The notes under the pieces: model-generated
What the model was told of the DNA's origin: nothing
The model's input: the letters and a program-made list of their open reading frames with translations, nothing else
Databases searched by the model: none
Source of the DNA: Malacoraja senta
Taxonomy: Eukaryota
Assembly (NCBI GenBank): GCA_038087875.1
Contig: CM075990.1
Location: 10,666,001-10,730,000, forward strand
Direction of reading: 5' to 3'
Length of the DNA stretch: 64,000 bases
Shown: in pieces, positions 24,262 to 55,491 of the stretch
Numbering within the stretch: the stretch's first letter is position 1
Layout: the number at the start of each line of letters is the position of its first letter
Position numbers and translations under genes: made by a program

Positions 24262-25838
24262 CAGTGGCTTGCAAAAGTTTTCATACCCCTTGAACTTTTC
24301 CACATTTTGTCACGTTACAACCACAAACGTAAATGTATTTTATTGGGATTTTATGTGATAGACCAACACAAAGTGGTGCATAATTGTGAAGTGGAAGGAA
24401 AATGATATATGGTTTTCAAATTTTTTTACAAATAAAAAACTGAAAAGTGTCGCGTGCAAAAGTATTCAGCCCCCCTGAGTCAATACTTTGTAGAACCACC
24501 TTTCGCTGAAATTACAGCTGCAAGTCTTTTGGGGTATGTCTCTTCTTTGCACTTCTAGAGACTGAAATTTTTGCCCATTCTTCTTTGCAAAATAGCTCAA
24601 GCTCAGTCAGATTGGATGGAGAGGGTCTGTGAACAGCAATTTTCAAGTCTTGCCAGAGATTCTCAATTGGATTTAGGTCTGGACTTTGACTGGGCCATTC
24701 TAACACATGAATATGCTTTGATCTAAACCATTCCATTGTAGTTCTGGCTGTATGTTTAGGGTCGTTGTCCTGCTGGAAGCTGAACCTCCGCCCCAGTCTT
24801 TTGCAGACTCTAACAGGTTTTCTTCCAAGATTGCCCTGTATTTGGCTCCATCCATCTTCCCATCAACTCTGACCAGCTTCCCTGTCCCTGCTGAAGAAAA
24901 GCATCCCCACAGCATGATGCTGCCACCACCATGTTTCACAGTGGGGATGGTGTGTTCAGGGTGATGTGCAGTGTTAGGTTTCCGCCACACATAGCGTTTT
25001 GCATTTAGGCCAAAAACTTCAATTTTGGTCTCATCTGACCAGAGCACCTTCCTCCACATGGCTTGTGGCAAACTGCAAACGGGACTTCTTATGGCTTTTT
25101 TTTAACAATGGCTTTCTTCTTGCCACTCTTCCATAAAGGCCTGATTTGTGGAGTGCATGACTAATAGTTGTCCTGTGGACAGATTCTCCCACCTGAGCTG
25201 TGGATCTCTGCAGCTCCTCCAGAGTTACCATGGGCCTCTTGGCTGCTTCTCTGATCAATGCTCTCCTTGCCCGGCCTGTCAGTTTAGGTGGACGGCCATG
25301 TCTTGGTAGGTTTGCAGTTGTGCCATACTCTTTCCATTTTTGGATGATGGATTGAACAGTGCTCCGTGAGATGTTCAAAGCTTCGGATATTTGTTTATAA
25401 CCTAACCCTGCTTTAAACTTCTCCACAACTTTATCCCTGACCTATCTGGTGTGTTCCTTGGGCTTCATGATGCTGTTTGTTCACTAATGTTCTCTAACAA
25501 ACCTGAGGCCTTCACAGAACAGCTGTATTTATACTGAGATTAGATTACACACAAGTGGACTCTATTTACGAAATAGGTGACTTCTAAAGGCAATTGGTTG
25601 CACTGGATTTTATTTAGGGGTATCAGAGTAAAGGGGGCTGAATACATTGCGACACTTCAGTTTTTTATTTGTAAAAAAAATTGAAAACTATGTATTATTT
25701 TCCTTCCACTTCACAATTATGCGCCACTTTGTGTTGGTCTATCACATAAGATCCCAATAAAATACATTTACATTTGTGGTTGTAACGTGACAAAATGTGG
25801 AAAAGTTCAAGGGGTATGAATACTTTTGCAAGCCACTG
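24262..25838 (-). mobile_element. Near full-length Tc1 transposon with long IR/DR-type TIRs, TA TSD and a disrupted transposase (about 24480-25468)
   Basis: ta|cagtggcttgcaaaag...cttttgcaagccactg|ta with TIRs of about 200 bp. Motifs [30 protein letters not shown] and WPSQSPDLNPIENLW. Confidence 0.97.
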
Positions 25839-26723
25839 TATGTGTGGATGGATGTATGTGTGTGCATGGATGTGTACATGTATGTCTGCGGATGTATGTA
25901 TGTGTGTGTGCATGCATGGAAGTGTGCGATTGGATGGATGTGTGTATATATGGGTGGGTGGACTGTCGCACTGTCATTCACCAGCACGCCATTATGTTTA
26001 AATAATTTGACCAAATAAACAGTGAAACGATCGACATTAAAATAAAACTTTATATAATCATTTATTTCCCCAATTTATTTGTTTACATTACATCTGATCT
26101 TCATCTGAATATTCTTCATCAGATTCCAAGTCTTTTGATAAGTCCATTGATAAGTTAGTTCAAGTTCAAGTGGAGGGTCAGGCAGAGGCTACAAAAAAAA
26201 CATCTCAGTCATTAAGTCTGTATGGACTTCAATTCATAACATTTCAACCTCTTCTTAATGTTAATGAGAATAACTGTTACTGCCATAGATAGATTAGTTC
26301 AAGTTCAAGTTCACATACACCAATTCATTTCTACATAAACATCTGCCATTTCTGACCATCTCTCACTCCAATGGAAGCCTATAAAGTGCAGTGAATATTC
26401 CTCTGTTATTCTCCCGTGGTCGGGGCCTGGAAACGGCCGCTACGGACGGCACTATGTACAGCCTTTCTCCCCCCCCCATGGAGATGATCCAAACATACTC
26501 CGTGGCTCCGCGTTCGCGAATCGGCCGCTTCTTAATTGAGACCGCGGCTTCACTATGTTAAGTACATAGGCCCCGCGGTCGGAGCACTTGTTCCCGGTAG
26601 GTTATCGCAGGCAGCTCCGAGAATAGATGTTAAAGAAAACTTATTAGACTTCAACAAGCAGGCATTAGTGAAAATGTTTAATTTACTTTGTTGTGGATAC
26701 ACATAGTTTAGGCCCTCAACTTC

Positions 26724-26773
26724 ATGAATGAATGAATGAATGAATAAGTGAGTGAGCGAGTGAGTGAATGAAT
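26724..26773. repeat. (GAAT/GAGT)n microsatellite
   Basis: Directly visible. Confidence 0.85.
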
Positions 26774-29700
26774 GTACAGCCTCCAAATCTCATTTTTTCA
26801 CATTATAAAAGGGTGCAATTAAATTAATTAAAGTCCATACAGATTAATTTTCATAATTCAGACTTTAGATCTTACCTTTGAGTTCCAGTTTCACGACTTT
26901 TTGTTGCAGCACCTCAGCAGGGACTTTGCTTTCAAGGCTTTGTTCCACTTCTATCCACTTAGCTGCATATTCTTCAGATTTCTTAATGTTTTTCTCACTA
27001 AATTCAATTACCCTGGTGCAAGTTTTCACGACATGTATTCCACAGAACAACAAAACCTTCATCGTAATCTCCAGTAAACAGGCATCAGTAGAAGCACTCT
27101 CAGCCACGATGTGTGCTCCCTGCCTAGTTGGCCTGAAACAAAGCGCGTGATTGGCCAACTGGCGTCCGACTCAATGTTAAACGTGCTTTGATTGGACTAG
27201 AAATACCTGAACATTTTCCGTTTTTTTCTCTAATTTGATTTTTAAAAATGTGCACGTTTTGTTCTTGACGAGTTTCAGGGATGATTTATATAATATTTTT
27301 ACACAATATGTGAAAATTTAATGTAGTTCCGTGAGTCGGGTCACGAAACTGCACAAAAAAGCTCCTCGGCCCACAGCCTAATATAATCAGTTGCATCATC
27401 ATACTCCTCAGATTGTAACCAATAAGCAACTCTGGAAACCTTGTTTTTCCTCAACTTTTCAATTTTGGCATTGTAAACTACAAGTTTTTGCTCTTCAAAC
27501 CACGCATGACATGCCTTTCTGCCCACTACTTTCCCATTAAGAATGTCCTGTAGATTCCATTTCTTAAGAAAAGGATATATATTTAAAATAGCCTAAGTAT
27601 CCAAATAACAAACTAATCCCATTCACACAAGAATTCACAATATAACATGATTTTTAAATCTCAGTGTCATGAATTCATATGCCAGATGGAAGGAATTTGA
27701 TGTTTAATTCCCATAAATTAATCTAGAAACATCCTCTCAATATAATCAAAAAAAATTTTTTTGCACAATACATGGGATTAAAATTGATATTTAGTATAAA
27801 AATATTGATTATGGGTAGACAATAACACCACATATAGATGATTTAGATGCTCATGACATGATTGTCCAAAAACAAGAGCATTTAAATCATCTTGCGAGTG
27901 GATTTTTCTGGAACGCAATCGATTGGAATGTTGCATTTGCAGTGAATTTGAACCCCATATCGGCAGGAAAAACATTTCCGGTTCGTATGAGGCCCAAATC
28001 ACGTTTTTGCAACGTAAAATTAGATTAAAGCCATCCGAAGAAGCAAGTTTATATGTAAAATACACGACTCACCCTTTGTTTTGTCCCGTTCATGCGATCC
28101 GTCGCGTTGAGGGCGTTAGAAGTCACATTTTATTTGAATCAAATTATTAAATTGTCGCTGAAGGTAAGTTTTGTAACATCGCTATTAATGACAAGTAGAA
28201 TATTATGAATGAGCAAAGTAAAGATAGTTTTATGAGAAAGAGATCAGGATTTGAATTTTATTTATGAGTAAATGCGGGAGATCTATGAATGCAGAATGTT
28301 TGGCTTTTGGAAGGGCCAGGGCTATAAGCATGGAGGAATGATTGACAAAGGACACAAAATAGATGAAATAAAAGCAAAAGCAAAAAGTATTAAGCTGATC
28401 TGCAAAGAGAGTTAATAATACGGGTCCATGATCTTTAATCGCGACAGATCATTGACTTCAAATACTTTGTCCAGCTTCCAGAGATGCTAACTGATCCACT
28501 AAATATTTATAATTATTTTGTTAATTGTGGATTTTCAGCATTTGCCATGTTTTACTTTTGCAGAAGTAATCAATGGGTTGTTGTAAGGCTGAAGTAACTG
28601 AGGTGCTCGAATGATCAGTCTTGTTAAAAAACGAATTATTTAAATGGATAAATTAACACATCTGGGTTAAATAAAGGCCATGGGCTTGGAGGGAGAGTGA
28701 GCGGGTAGTTTTTACAGTGCTAAACAAGTGAGGAAAATGTTCAGAGATGAGCGTAACATGAGGGAATGTGAAGATATTAATTTTGTAGGAAAAGAGAATT
28801 TTCTTTTAAATTTAGATTTTTAAATAAAATTGAATGAAAATGTCCCCATGTTACTAATCGTATAGTTTTTCCGGTTTTCTGTCGTATCCTCTCAGATCAT
28901 AACAATCTCAGTCTTGAATGTACTCTGAGTATGCACAGAGCTTTTGAAAGGGATAATTCAAAAGATTTGCAACAACATTTGCAAAGGAATTTTTCATCGG
29001 TCGCAAGTAGCTGATTTCCTTAAAACTTAAGACTGCCCCTCAACTTTGGACTCTCCATTGTGAACTTCTTGTCATCAATTCCATTAATCCTTCAAGTATA
29101 CCTCAATTAGATCACATCTGATCTTCTAAAATCTAGCGAGCATAAGACAAGTCTCAGCACTGCATTTATACTTTGCTTTAAAGGAAAATGTTCCATTTGC
29201 TGCCTTATTTGCTTTGCTGTACCAAAATGTTTTTGCATTTCCTTAATCAGAACACTTAAATCTTTCAATTCATGAACATGTACTACCAACTACAATTTCA
29301 AACTACAATTTAGAAAGAAACATTGTCTTTTTATTCTTCCTGTGAAAGTATTTAGCCTCACACTCACAGGCATAATAATCCATCTCCACCGCCCAGTCCA
29401 TTTGCTTAAAACATTGGTGCCTTTTTCAGAACGGATCACAAATTTAAAATGCAGGAACAATAAACAATTTGGGAGAAATTGTTTGTTTTATATTGCAAGA
29501 GAGATGGGTGTAAGAATATACAAGCTTTATGAGCAACATCTGTTGCTTCTGGAGATTCCTGCCTCTGGTTTCCTCAAGGAGATATATGGTTTATACCTTC
29601 AAGAAACATACTGTCTCTTCCATGTAGATCCTGAGGCTCATTGAATGACAATACTTATTTCTGGTTGGCGTGGAAGTAGCTGCTCAATTTCTTCATTAAC

Positions 29701-30287
29701 GGAATATTTATAGCCTTGTTGTCCACACAAATCTGGACCCACGTGTGCATGACCTTGGCTTTTCACGTAAAAGAAAAGATACATTTTTCTTTTGCTGAAG
29801 TATAATATAAAACATGCAAAGTAGACAAAATGATGGTTATGGACAAATTTGTAGGGGCAGCAGATCTATTAACTGCCTGTAAAGTAAGAACATGTGCGAC
29901 TCCTGGCTCACAGCAATGTAATTTATAATAACTGGCCTCAGAAAAAACATTGTGTTCTATGGCAATTAGAAATGAGCAAAAGATGCTGGTCATGTCCAAA
30001 CACTATGAATGAATGAAATAAACTTTTTCATTTTAATTGTTTGTAGTATATTCTTTTTGCAATATGAAAAATGCATTGCTCCTGAAAAATTTGTAGACCA
30101 CATTTTTCTTTCAGCTTTTAAGCAAACATAATATAATATTTCTAAAACTTGATCAACCAGTTTAACAATGCGTTTTGAGTCAAAATAACGTGCCTCTTTT
30201 CTATTGTAAATGAGTATGTCAGCTAGTGTCTGGATTTGAATAAATAATCATGATGTTGAACTTTTCTTGCAGCACAATAACCACACC

Positions 30288-30312
30288 ATTGCAGCTGCCC
30301 ACAAGATGGCGC
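30288..30312 (+). promoter_or_regulatory. CTCF-like / YY1-like motif in presumed intron 1
   Basis: ccacaagatggcgc (30299-30312) resembles the CTCF core CCASYAGRKGGCRS and contains aagatggcg; it lies in AT-rich unique DNA. Confidence 0.4.
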
Positions 30313-30407
30313 AAGCTGAAAGGCCCAAGTGGGTTTTGGAAGGCAAAATTGAGGCCTTAATTTTGGATTGCCTAAACCCTCCTGAACAATGAGATTAGTA
30401 ATCGTGA

Positions 30408-30502
30408 AGGTAGACAAAAATGCTGGAGAAACTCAGCGGGTGAGGCAGCATCTATGGAGCGAAGGAATAGGTGACGTTTCGGGTCGAGACCCTTCTTCAG
30501 AT
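30408..30502 (-). mobile_element. Penelope-derived terminal repeat with an intact minimal hammerhead core
   Basis: Minus strand reads CTGAAGA-a-gggt-ctcg-accc-GAAA-cgTC. Confidence 0.75.
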
Positions 30503-31109
30503 TGTGAAAATCAGCTTAAAATTAAAACGATTGATAATTAATTTCTATTAAAATATATTTAGATATAAAGTGATTGAAGACATTACCTAAAAAAAATGTT
30601 TTAAACACCTTCATTTTTTGAAGGTTGGCAACCCCTTTTAAATGAATAGGAATAACATATGTATCCAGCCCCTCGGCTCATTAAAATTAGCAACCGCTCC
30701 AAGACTGGTGAATTCATAACTGAACCTCTGACCACCTGAAGGTATTTTACTTTCCAAGTTGCAGCACATAGGTGCAGAAATCCAGAACTTCCTGATGCAT
30801 GTATTTCAGCTAACTGGTATTTTGATTGGAACAGCCTGTGAGCCAGTAGTGCATTGCCTAAATGCAATACATTGTTTGGAAAATGCAGTTTATTTTTGAT
30901 GTTATGTTAGTTTTCACTTCTTGAATCAGTATATAGTTTATGTTTTACGTTCCAAATTGGCATTAAAAAACTTTGAACTGAAGATTAATCAAAATTTCAG
31001 AGAATATAATTGGGTTTTACTAACAAGATAAGTCGCAGCATCTCCTCGAATGAGGTATGAACAAACTGGTTCAGGAGGTGGGTAGCAGTGGGAAAGAAGC
31101 TCTTCTTAA

Positions 31110-31630
31110 AAAGAGACCGTGCTGGAATAACTCAGCAGGCCAGGCAGCATCACAGGAGAACATGTTTCAGGTTGGGAGCGTCCTTGAAACTCATTGCGGG
31201 AAGCCTAGAAGAGAGATGGGGCAGGACAAAGCCTGATAGGTAATTGGATGAATCGTGTGAGGGGGGCTTTTTATATGCAGTTGGTTGGATGAAGGCCAGA
31301 GATGAAAAGACAAAAGGTGTGAGATAAAAGGATTGAAACATTGTGAATTGTGAAGCTAGTGGAAGGAATGTAGGAGGGAGGGGAGAAATAGGTGCTGGTC
31401 CAGGTGGGGCAATGAACAGGGAGGTTGTGGGAGAAGAAGGGAGAGGGCAGGGGTTTGTAGTTACCTAACATTGGAGAATTCAATGTTCATGCCATTAGGC
31501 TGTTAGCTACCCAAGCAGAATATGAGACACTACCTTCCGTTTGTGTGTGGCCGTACTCTGGTAATGGAGGAGGCTGGTATGGGGATGGGCAGAGGCGTTA
31601 AAATGGTTAGTAACAGGGAGATCTAGTGGG
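31110..31630 (-). mobile_element. Old Penelope-like element 3' fragment
   Basis: Minus strand LIFCLGS*QPNGMNIEFS (GIY-YIG C-terminus) followed by a degenerate terminal repeat. Confidence 0.7.
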
Positions 31631-32951
31631 CCTTTCTTAAAGAATCTCTGATGTCCTGGAATGGAAAGCCTCATCCTGGGATCAGATGCAGCAGAGGCAG
31701 ATCAACTGAGAATAGTGTATTTACAAGAGGCATGTTTGAGGGGGGGGGGGGTTGGGGTATCTTGTCAGAATACTTTCTTTAGTGCATCTGTAGAGGTTCG
31801 AGAGTCCACAGGCGACTGCGGTGGAGCTCTCAAAATCGATCTCCAGCACAGGCCGCCAACTCCTCGATGTTAGGCCACAGTGCGGACTGATATAAGATGT
31901 GGGGGGGGGGGAAATCGAGTCCCCGTCGAGGTACGAGATTAGAAAAGGTTCTCACCCCGCCCCCCCCAAAACAAGCTAAAGAACACTAAAAACATGCATT
32001 TGTCACACTCCAATTAAAACACAAAGAAGGAAAGGACAGACAGACTGTTGGCGAGGCAGTCAATGCTGGTCACCCTGATTGAAAATACTTTGCTAATTGC
32101 CAAGTTACTAGTCATGACTAGTTGATGATGACTAAATGGTCGAGGCAATACCATGTTAAAATATAGTTCATAAAATCATTGAGCATGCCTCAAATTAATT
32201 CCAGTCCCTTGTTTTTGAAAAGTGAATTAAAATCTCAAACAATAATCTTAGCTGTTGGTATAGTAATGCCAACAGTTCTTAATATGATTCTTCAGCCACT
32301 CATTATTAATTATAGTTTTTGACTACATTTTGGTGTTCTAAAGCTGAACTTGTCAAATTTATTTTCATTATTATTTAATGCATACTTAGATTTTATTTTG
32401 TCTTTTAAGTTGCTACTTTAATCATTTTTTAAACAATTCAAGCTAATGTTTAAAGATTGGAGATTAAATGTGCTACAAAATTGTGGTGTAGACCTGCGCC
32501 GAAGTACTAATGTTTAAGCTTTGTGGCCCCAAAATAGTAAGATAAAAATTTGAACATCCCGAGTGATGGATAAGGATTGCTGTTCAACATTTCTTTTAAG
32601 CTACTGTTAACCTTGCTGACTTCCTATCAATTTGTTTTAGCTTCCTACTATATCCACTTATTGCTATACCCAGAAACCTGTCTGCAGCTGATGAATTTGT
32701 TTGATAATGCTCTAAGAAAGATTTTAGTTGCTGGCCTATCATGCACATTAAACACCTTTTAAAATGTTGATTTAATTCTAAAATACAAATATTTGCAGGA
32801 TAATAAAGGAATGACGGGGAGAGTGGGAAGAAAGCTGGCATGTCCCAGATGAACCAAATATCCTGGTGTGCTACAAGATTCAATGTCTAAGTGACCGATT
32901 ATATCCTTTTCAGATCTACAGGTGGTATTTTTCTAATACACAAATTGCAAG

Positions 32952-52023
<19,072 letters not shown>

Positions 52024-52544
52024 ACTTTTTTTTAAATGACAATTTTAAACAGCATTTTGTTCAGCATAGTAGAAAAGTGTGCGTGTGAATGTGTGTTCAA
52101 AAAGGAAATGAGAAGGTGCAAAGTATGCGTTCTGTTATCACAAACATGACCAGATGTCTGAAGTGTAAACTTTTGATTACATTTTTATAGCACTCCTCCC
52201 AAATAGGGAAAATGTTTTGAAATCTACTTGTGGAAAATCAGAAAACAACCTTGATACTGTGCATCTTTTACATGTTTTTTTTTTGTGAATTTACTAAAAT
52301 ATGGAAAGTTTAGATTTTTAAGAAAATTGTGACATTTAACAGTCTAGTGGAAATTATATCATGCTGGAAAAATGACTTCATGTAATTGTGGTTTTAATTA
52401 TTCCTTTTATTAAGCTAGTGTATTGGTTTCACATTCCAGTGTGTAAAGGAACAACAGAAAATTGAAACAGCAATATGGCTGCATATGTTTCCTCCAATAC
52501 CATTTGCTGTAGTTTCATAGTGTGACAGCTTTTTAAAAAAAAAT

Positions 52545-52550
52545 AATAAA
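52545..52550 (+). terminator. Candidate polyadenylation signal for macroH2A2
   Basis: First AATAAA seen after the stop (about 520 nt downstream), just before the ERV. Confidence 0.35.
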
Positions 52551-54724
52551 CTATAAAAAAAATCAGGATGTTCTGATATTATAAGATAGATAGCCTGCTC
52601 GGAAGGCAAGTAATTCTAAAGAAACACACGGCTTTGTTGATTGCGGTTCTTTTACCCCCCCCCCCCCCCCTCCCCAGTCTAGGTCAGTAAAACACTGATT
52701 TGAATAGAGTAGTCCAAACCCTTTGTTCACTGTGGGACCGATTTCGGGCCCACTCAAGCCCACAGCAGGCTCGCGCAAACAGAACAGAAAGAAAGACGAC
52801 ACGTCCCAACGAACCAATCTCCTTTTTATACAGATATACAGTGGCAGGAAAGTACAGAGGGGGGCAACCATGTTATTAGTTTTTATTGCCTCTGCAACAG
52901 TGGCTGGTAGGCAGTTTATTAAAATGGCACAATTCTGGGGTGAATTCGCACCGTCGATAATTACCATCTCCCGACTGATCTATATACATCTCCGAAAACC
53001 TCCCCAAAGGTTTTTCTGCCCCCTCTCCTTTCTGGGGTCTAGTATCCAAAACTTTGGAGATATCAATGGATTTTTGCAGTGTGGTACTAGGGGTGGCTTG
53101 GATCGGCATTATAGTCTCGCATAGTGGTTCGGAGGAAGTCTACAAATGAGGCGGGTGACTTCTTTATATCAGGCATCTGGCTCAGTATGGCCATCATCTC
53201 GTTCGGCTTCCAAGGGAAATAAACACCTATTGTTTGTGTGTTACTAGCGCCGACTGCATTTGCTGGGTTGAAAGTGGGGTTAGGCATTTCTCTAACCGGG
53301 AGTTAACTGATCCTTACTCAACTATCCAGTCTGTCTCGGGCTCGGCTTCAGATTCCCAGGGGGTAAGTCATTCTCAGAATCCTCATTCTCGGTTTTGTTG
53401 CAAAGCCGATAACTGTCATGGGACTGGTTCTGTACCCTCTGTCTACGATTTGCCCTTGGTTTAGGGGGTTCCTGAACTCGTGGTATGGGTAGACATCTAG
53501 TTTTACTCCTGGTATGGAATGCAACTGGGGCATCTACCAAAGTTGGGGTTAGGGAACTCATAGTTAGTGCTGCGGGATCAATATTTGCATATGGTGGGTG
53601 TTGTAGAGGCAGGTGGGTACTGACACGGGTTCTACTTTCCCAATTCTCTAATTCTTTGTTGTCTCCCTCTTCTAAGCAATAGCCAACCATTATGCAATCT
53701 TTTTTCCTTATCTACTAACCCATCCAGGGTCCGTCCGGACTCCTGTTTCTGGCATTTACTATAAGCACATTCTCTTAGTACGTCTGCAGGTTTGGTCATT
53801 CCTCCCTCCGTGAGCTCTACTCCCAACTTCAGAGCAATTTCTTGCCAACTCGCCAACTTTGCGGCTTCTTTCTGTTCTTGATAATGGTGGCACCAGAGAC
53901 CAACAAGTTCCTTGGCAGTAATATCTCTACTATATTTCCAAATTATCTCCTGAACTTGTTTTACATCTTCCAGGGTTTCAGCCCCTCCCTGAGGCCACAA
54001 TTCACTCCCAAATTCCTATTCAAAGCTCCTGATTGAACTGTTTGAATTGTTTTGCTTCATCAGGACACTTAGCACACAGTATTTGCAAAGAACTCTTGGG
54101 ATCAGTTGTAGTATTTAGATAATTACCCATTTTGGCCAAAGATCTACACACAAGATAGATCGACACAACAAGCACTTCCACACACAATTATCTCCATGCG
54201 ACAAGATAAACAGGGCCCAAACACACAATTCACACAGCGTATTAAAGCGATATTGCCTCCTTAAGGCAGCAAGCAATTATAATACAATAGGAAATATCAC
54301 AAACTTAAGCAAAAGCATAAGCAACTATAATACAAGAGTAAATCACACAAACTTAAGCAAAAGCATTCAATACGAACACTTTAAATTTAGCGGAATTTAG
54401 AGCAGAAAAATTTGGATCACACAGTCGTGGAATGTCGCGGACGCATCTCCCTAACTTTGCCACGTTCTCCCTCAGCACTAATTTTTACAGTAACAGTATG
54501 CCAATTTACCCTAGTACTGACTCTCAGTACCGACCTATAAATTACTGACCTTCAGTACTTACCCCGCTCAGTACTGGAATCTCAGCGCCAACCTTTAAAG
54601 TAAATAGCCAATATTACCTCAGCACTGGCCCTCAGTACTTACCCTGCTTAATACTGAGCCCTCTCAGTATTGTCTTTCAAGGTACCCTGCCAATCGTACC
54701 CCAATACTTCAGTAACCAATCCAG

Positions 54725-54804
54725 TGGTTCTGAACAGGGACTTGAACCCTCAACAACAGGAACTTGAACCCTCAACAACAGGGACTTGAACCCTGGACCT
54801 TCAG
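54725..54804 (-). pseudogene. tRNA-Lys(TTT) 3'-half-derived sequence with a triplicated T-arm
   Basis: Minus strand ctgaaggtccagggttcaagtccctgtt (22-bp unit x3) ...cagaaCCA, versus tRNA-Lys ctgagggtccagggttcaagtccctgttcgggcg(CCA). Confidence 0.75.
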
Positions 54805-55031
54805 CAGCCGCTGACCATATACCAATCCTACTACCAGTATTCGCCAGACTGACCTTCATCTCGTCGGGATTTCACTCACAAGTCAGCGAATGACCAATTC
54901 GTTGTCAGATTAGCAGAATGAGGAAAACCAATGTAGTAAAAACTATTTACATTGGGGGTCCAATTCCTCCCTCCGCGATCCGAGACGATTCAGCTCCTCG
55001 ATCGCAAACTCGTGATGGTAATCCGTTGAGG

Positions 55032-55048
55032 GTCCGGACGAGCTCCCA
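55032..55048 (-). promoter_or_regulatory. ERV primer-binding site (tRNA-Pro)
   Basis: TGGGAGCTCGTCCGGAC two nt after the LTR-terminal CA; the canonical Pro PBS is TGGGGGCTCGTCCGGGAT. Confidence 0.88.
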
Positions 55049-55224
55049 AATGTTGATTCCGGTTCTTGTACCCCCCCAGTCTGGGTCAGTAAAACACTGA
55101 TTTGAATACTGTAGTCCAAACCCTTTATTCATAATGGGGCCAATTTCGGATCCACTCACTTGAGCCTGCAGCAGCCTCACGCAAACAGAAAGAAAGATGA
55201 CACGCCCCAACAAACCGATCTCCT

Positions 55225-55491
55225 TCCGCTTGGGCAGTCTACATCCTGGCGGCCTGAACGTTGAATTCTCCCAATTCTGCTAGCCCTGGCTGTCCCCTCC
55301 CCTTCATCAGCCATCTGGTTGTCTCCTCCCCTCCCCCAGCCCTCGGGCTCCTCCTCCGCCTTTTCCTTTTTTCCTTTCTTCTCCCCACCCCCTATCAGTC
55401 TGAAGAAGGGTTTCGGCCCGAAACGTTACCTATTTCCTTCGCTCCATAGATGCTGCTGCACCCGCTGAGTTTCTCCAGCATTTTTGTGTAC
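55225..55491 (+). mobile_element. Penelope-like 3' fragment with a hammerhead core, inserted in the ERV 5' LTR
   Basis: FRLGSLHPGGLNVEFSQFC* followed by CTGAAGA-a-gggt-ttcg-gccc-GAAA-cgTT; ctcct is duplicated; absent from the other LTR. Confidence 0.85.

Larger units (their letters stand above)
23236..28184 (-). mobile_element. Unclassified DNA transposon (terminus TAGCGATGTTACAAAA) with spliced gene relics; left end clipped
   Basis: Absent from copy A. The right end is ttttgtaacatcgcta and the left end ttacaaaa. 27370-28184 is an inverted homolog of 62294-63610. Confidence 0.8.
21928..29709. repeat. Copy B of the local segmental duplication, expanded by a ~5-kb transposon insertion
   Basis: Colinear with 15911-19817 on both sides of the insertion at 23236-28184. 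Confidence 0.95.
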
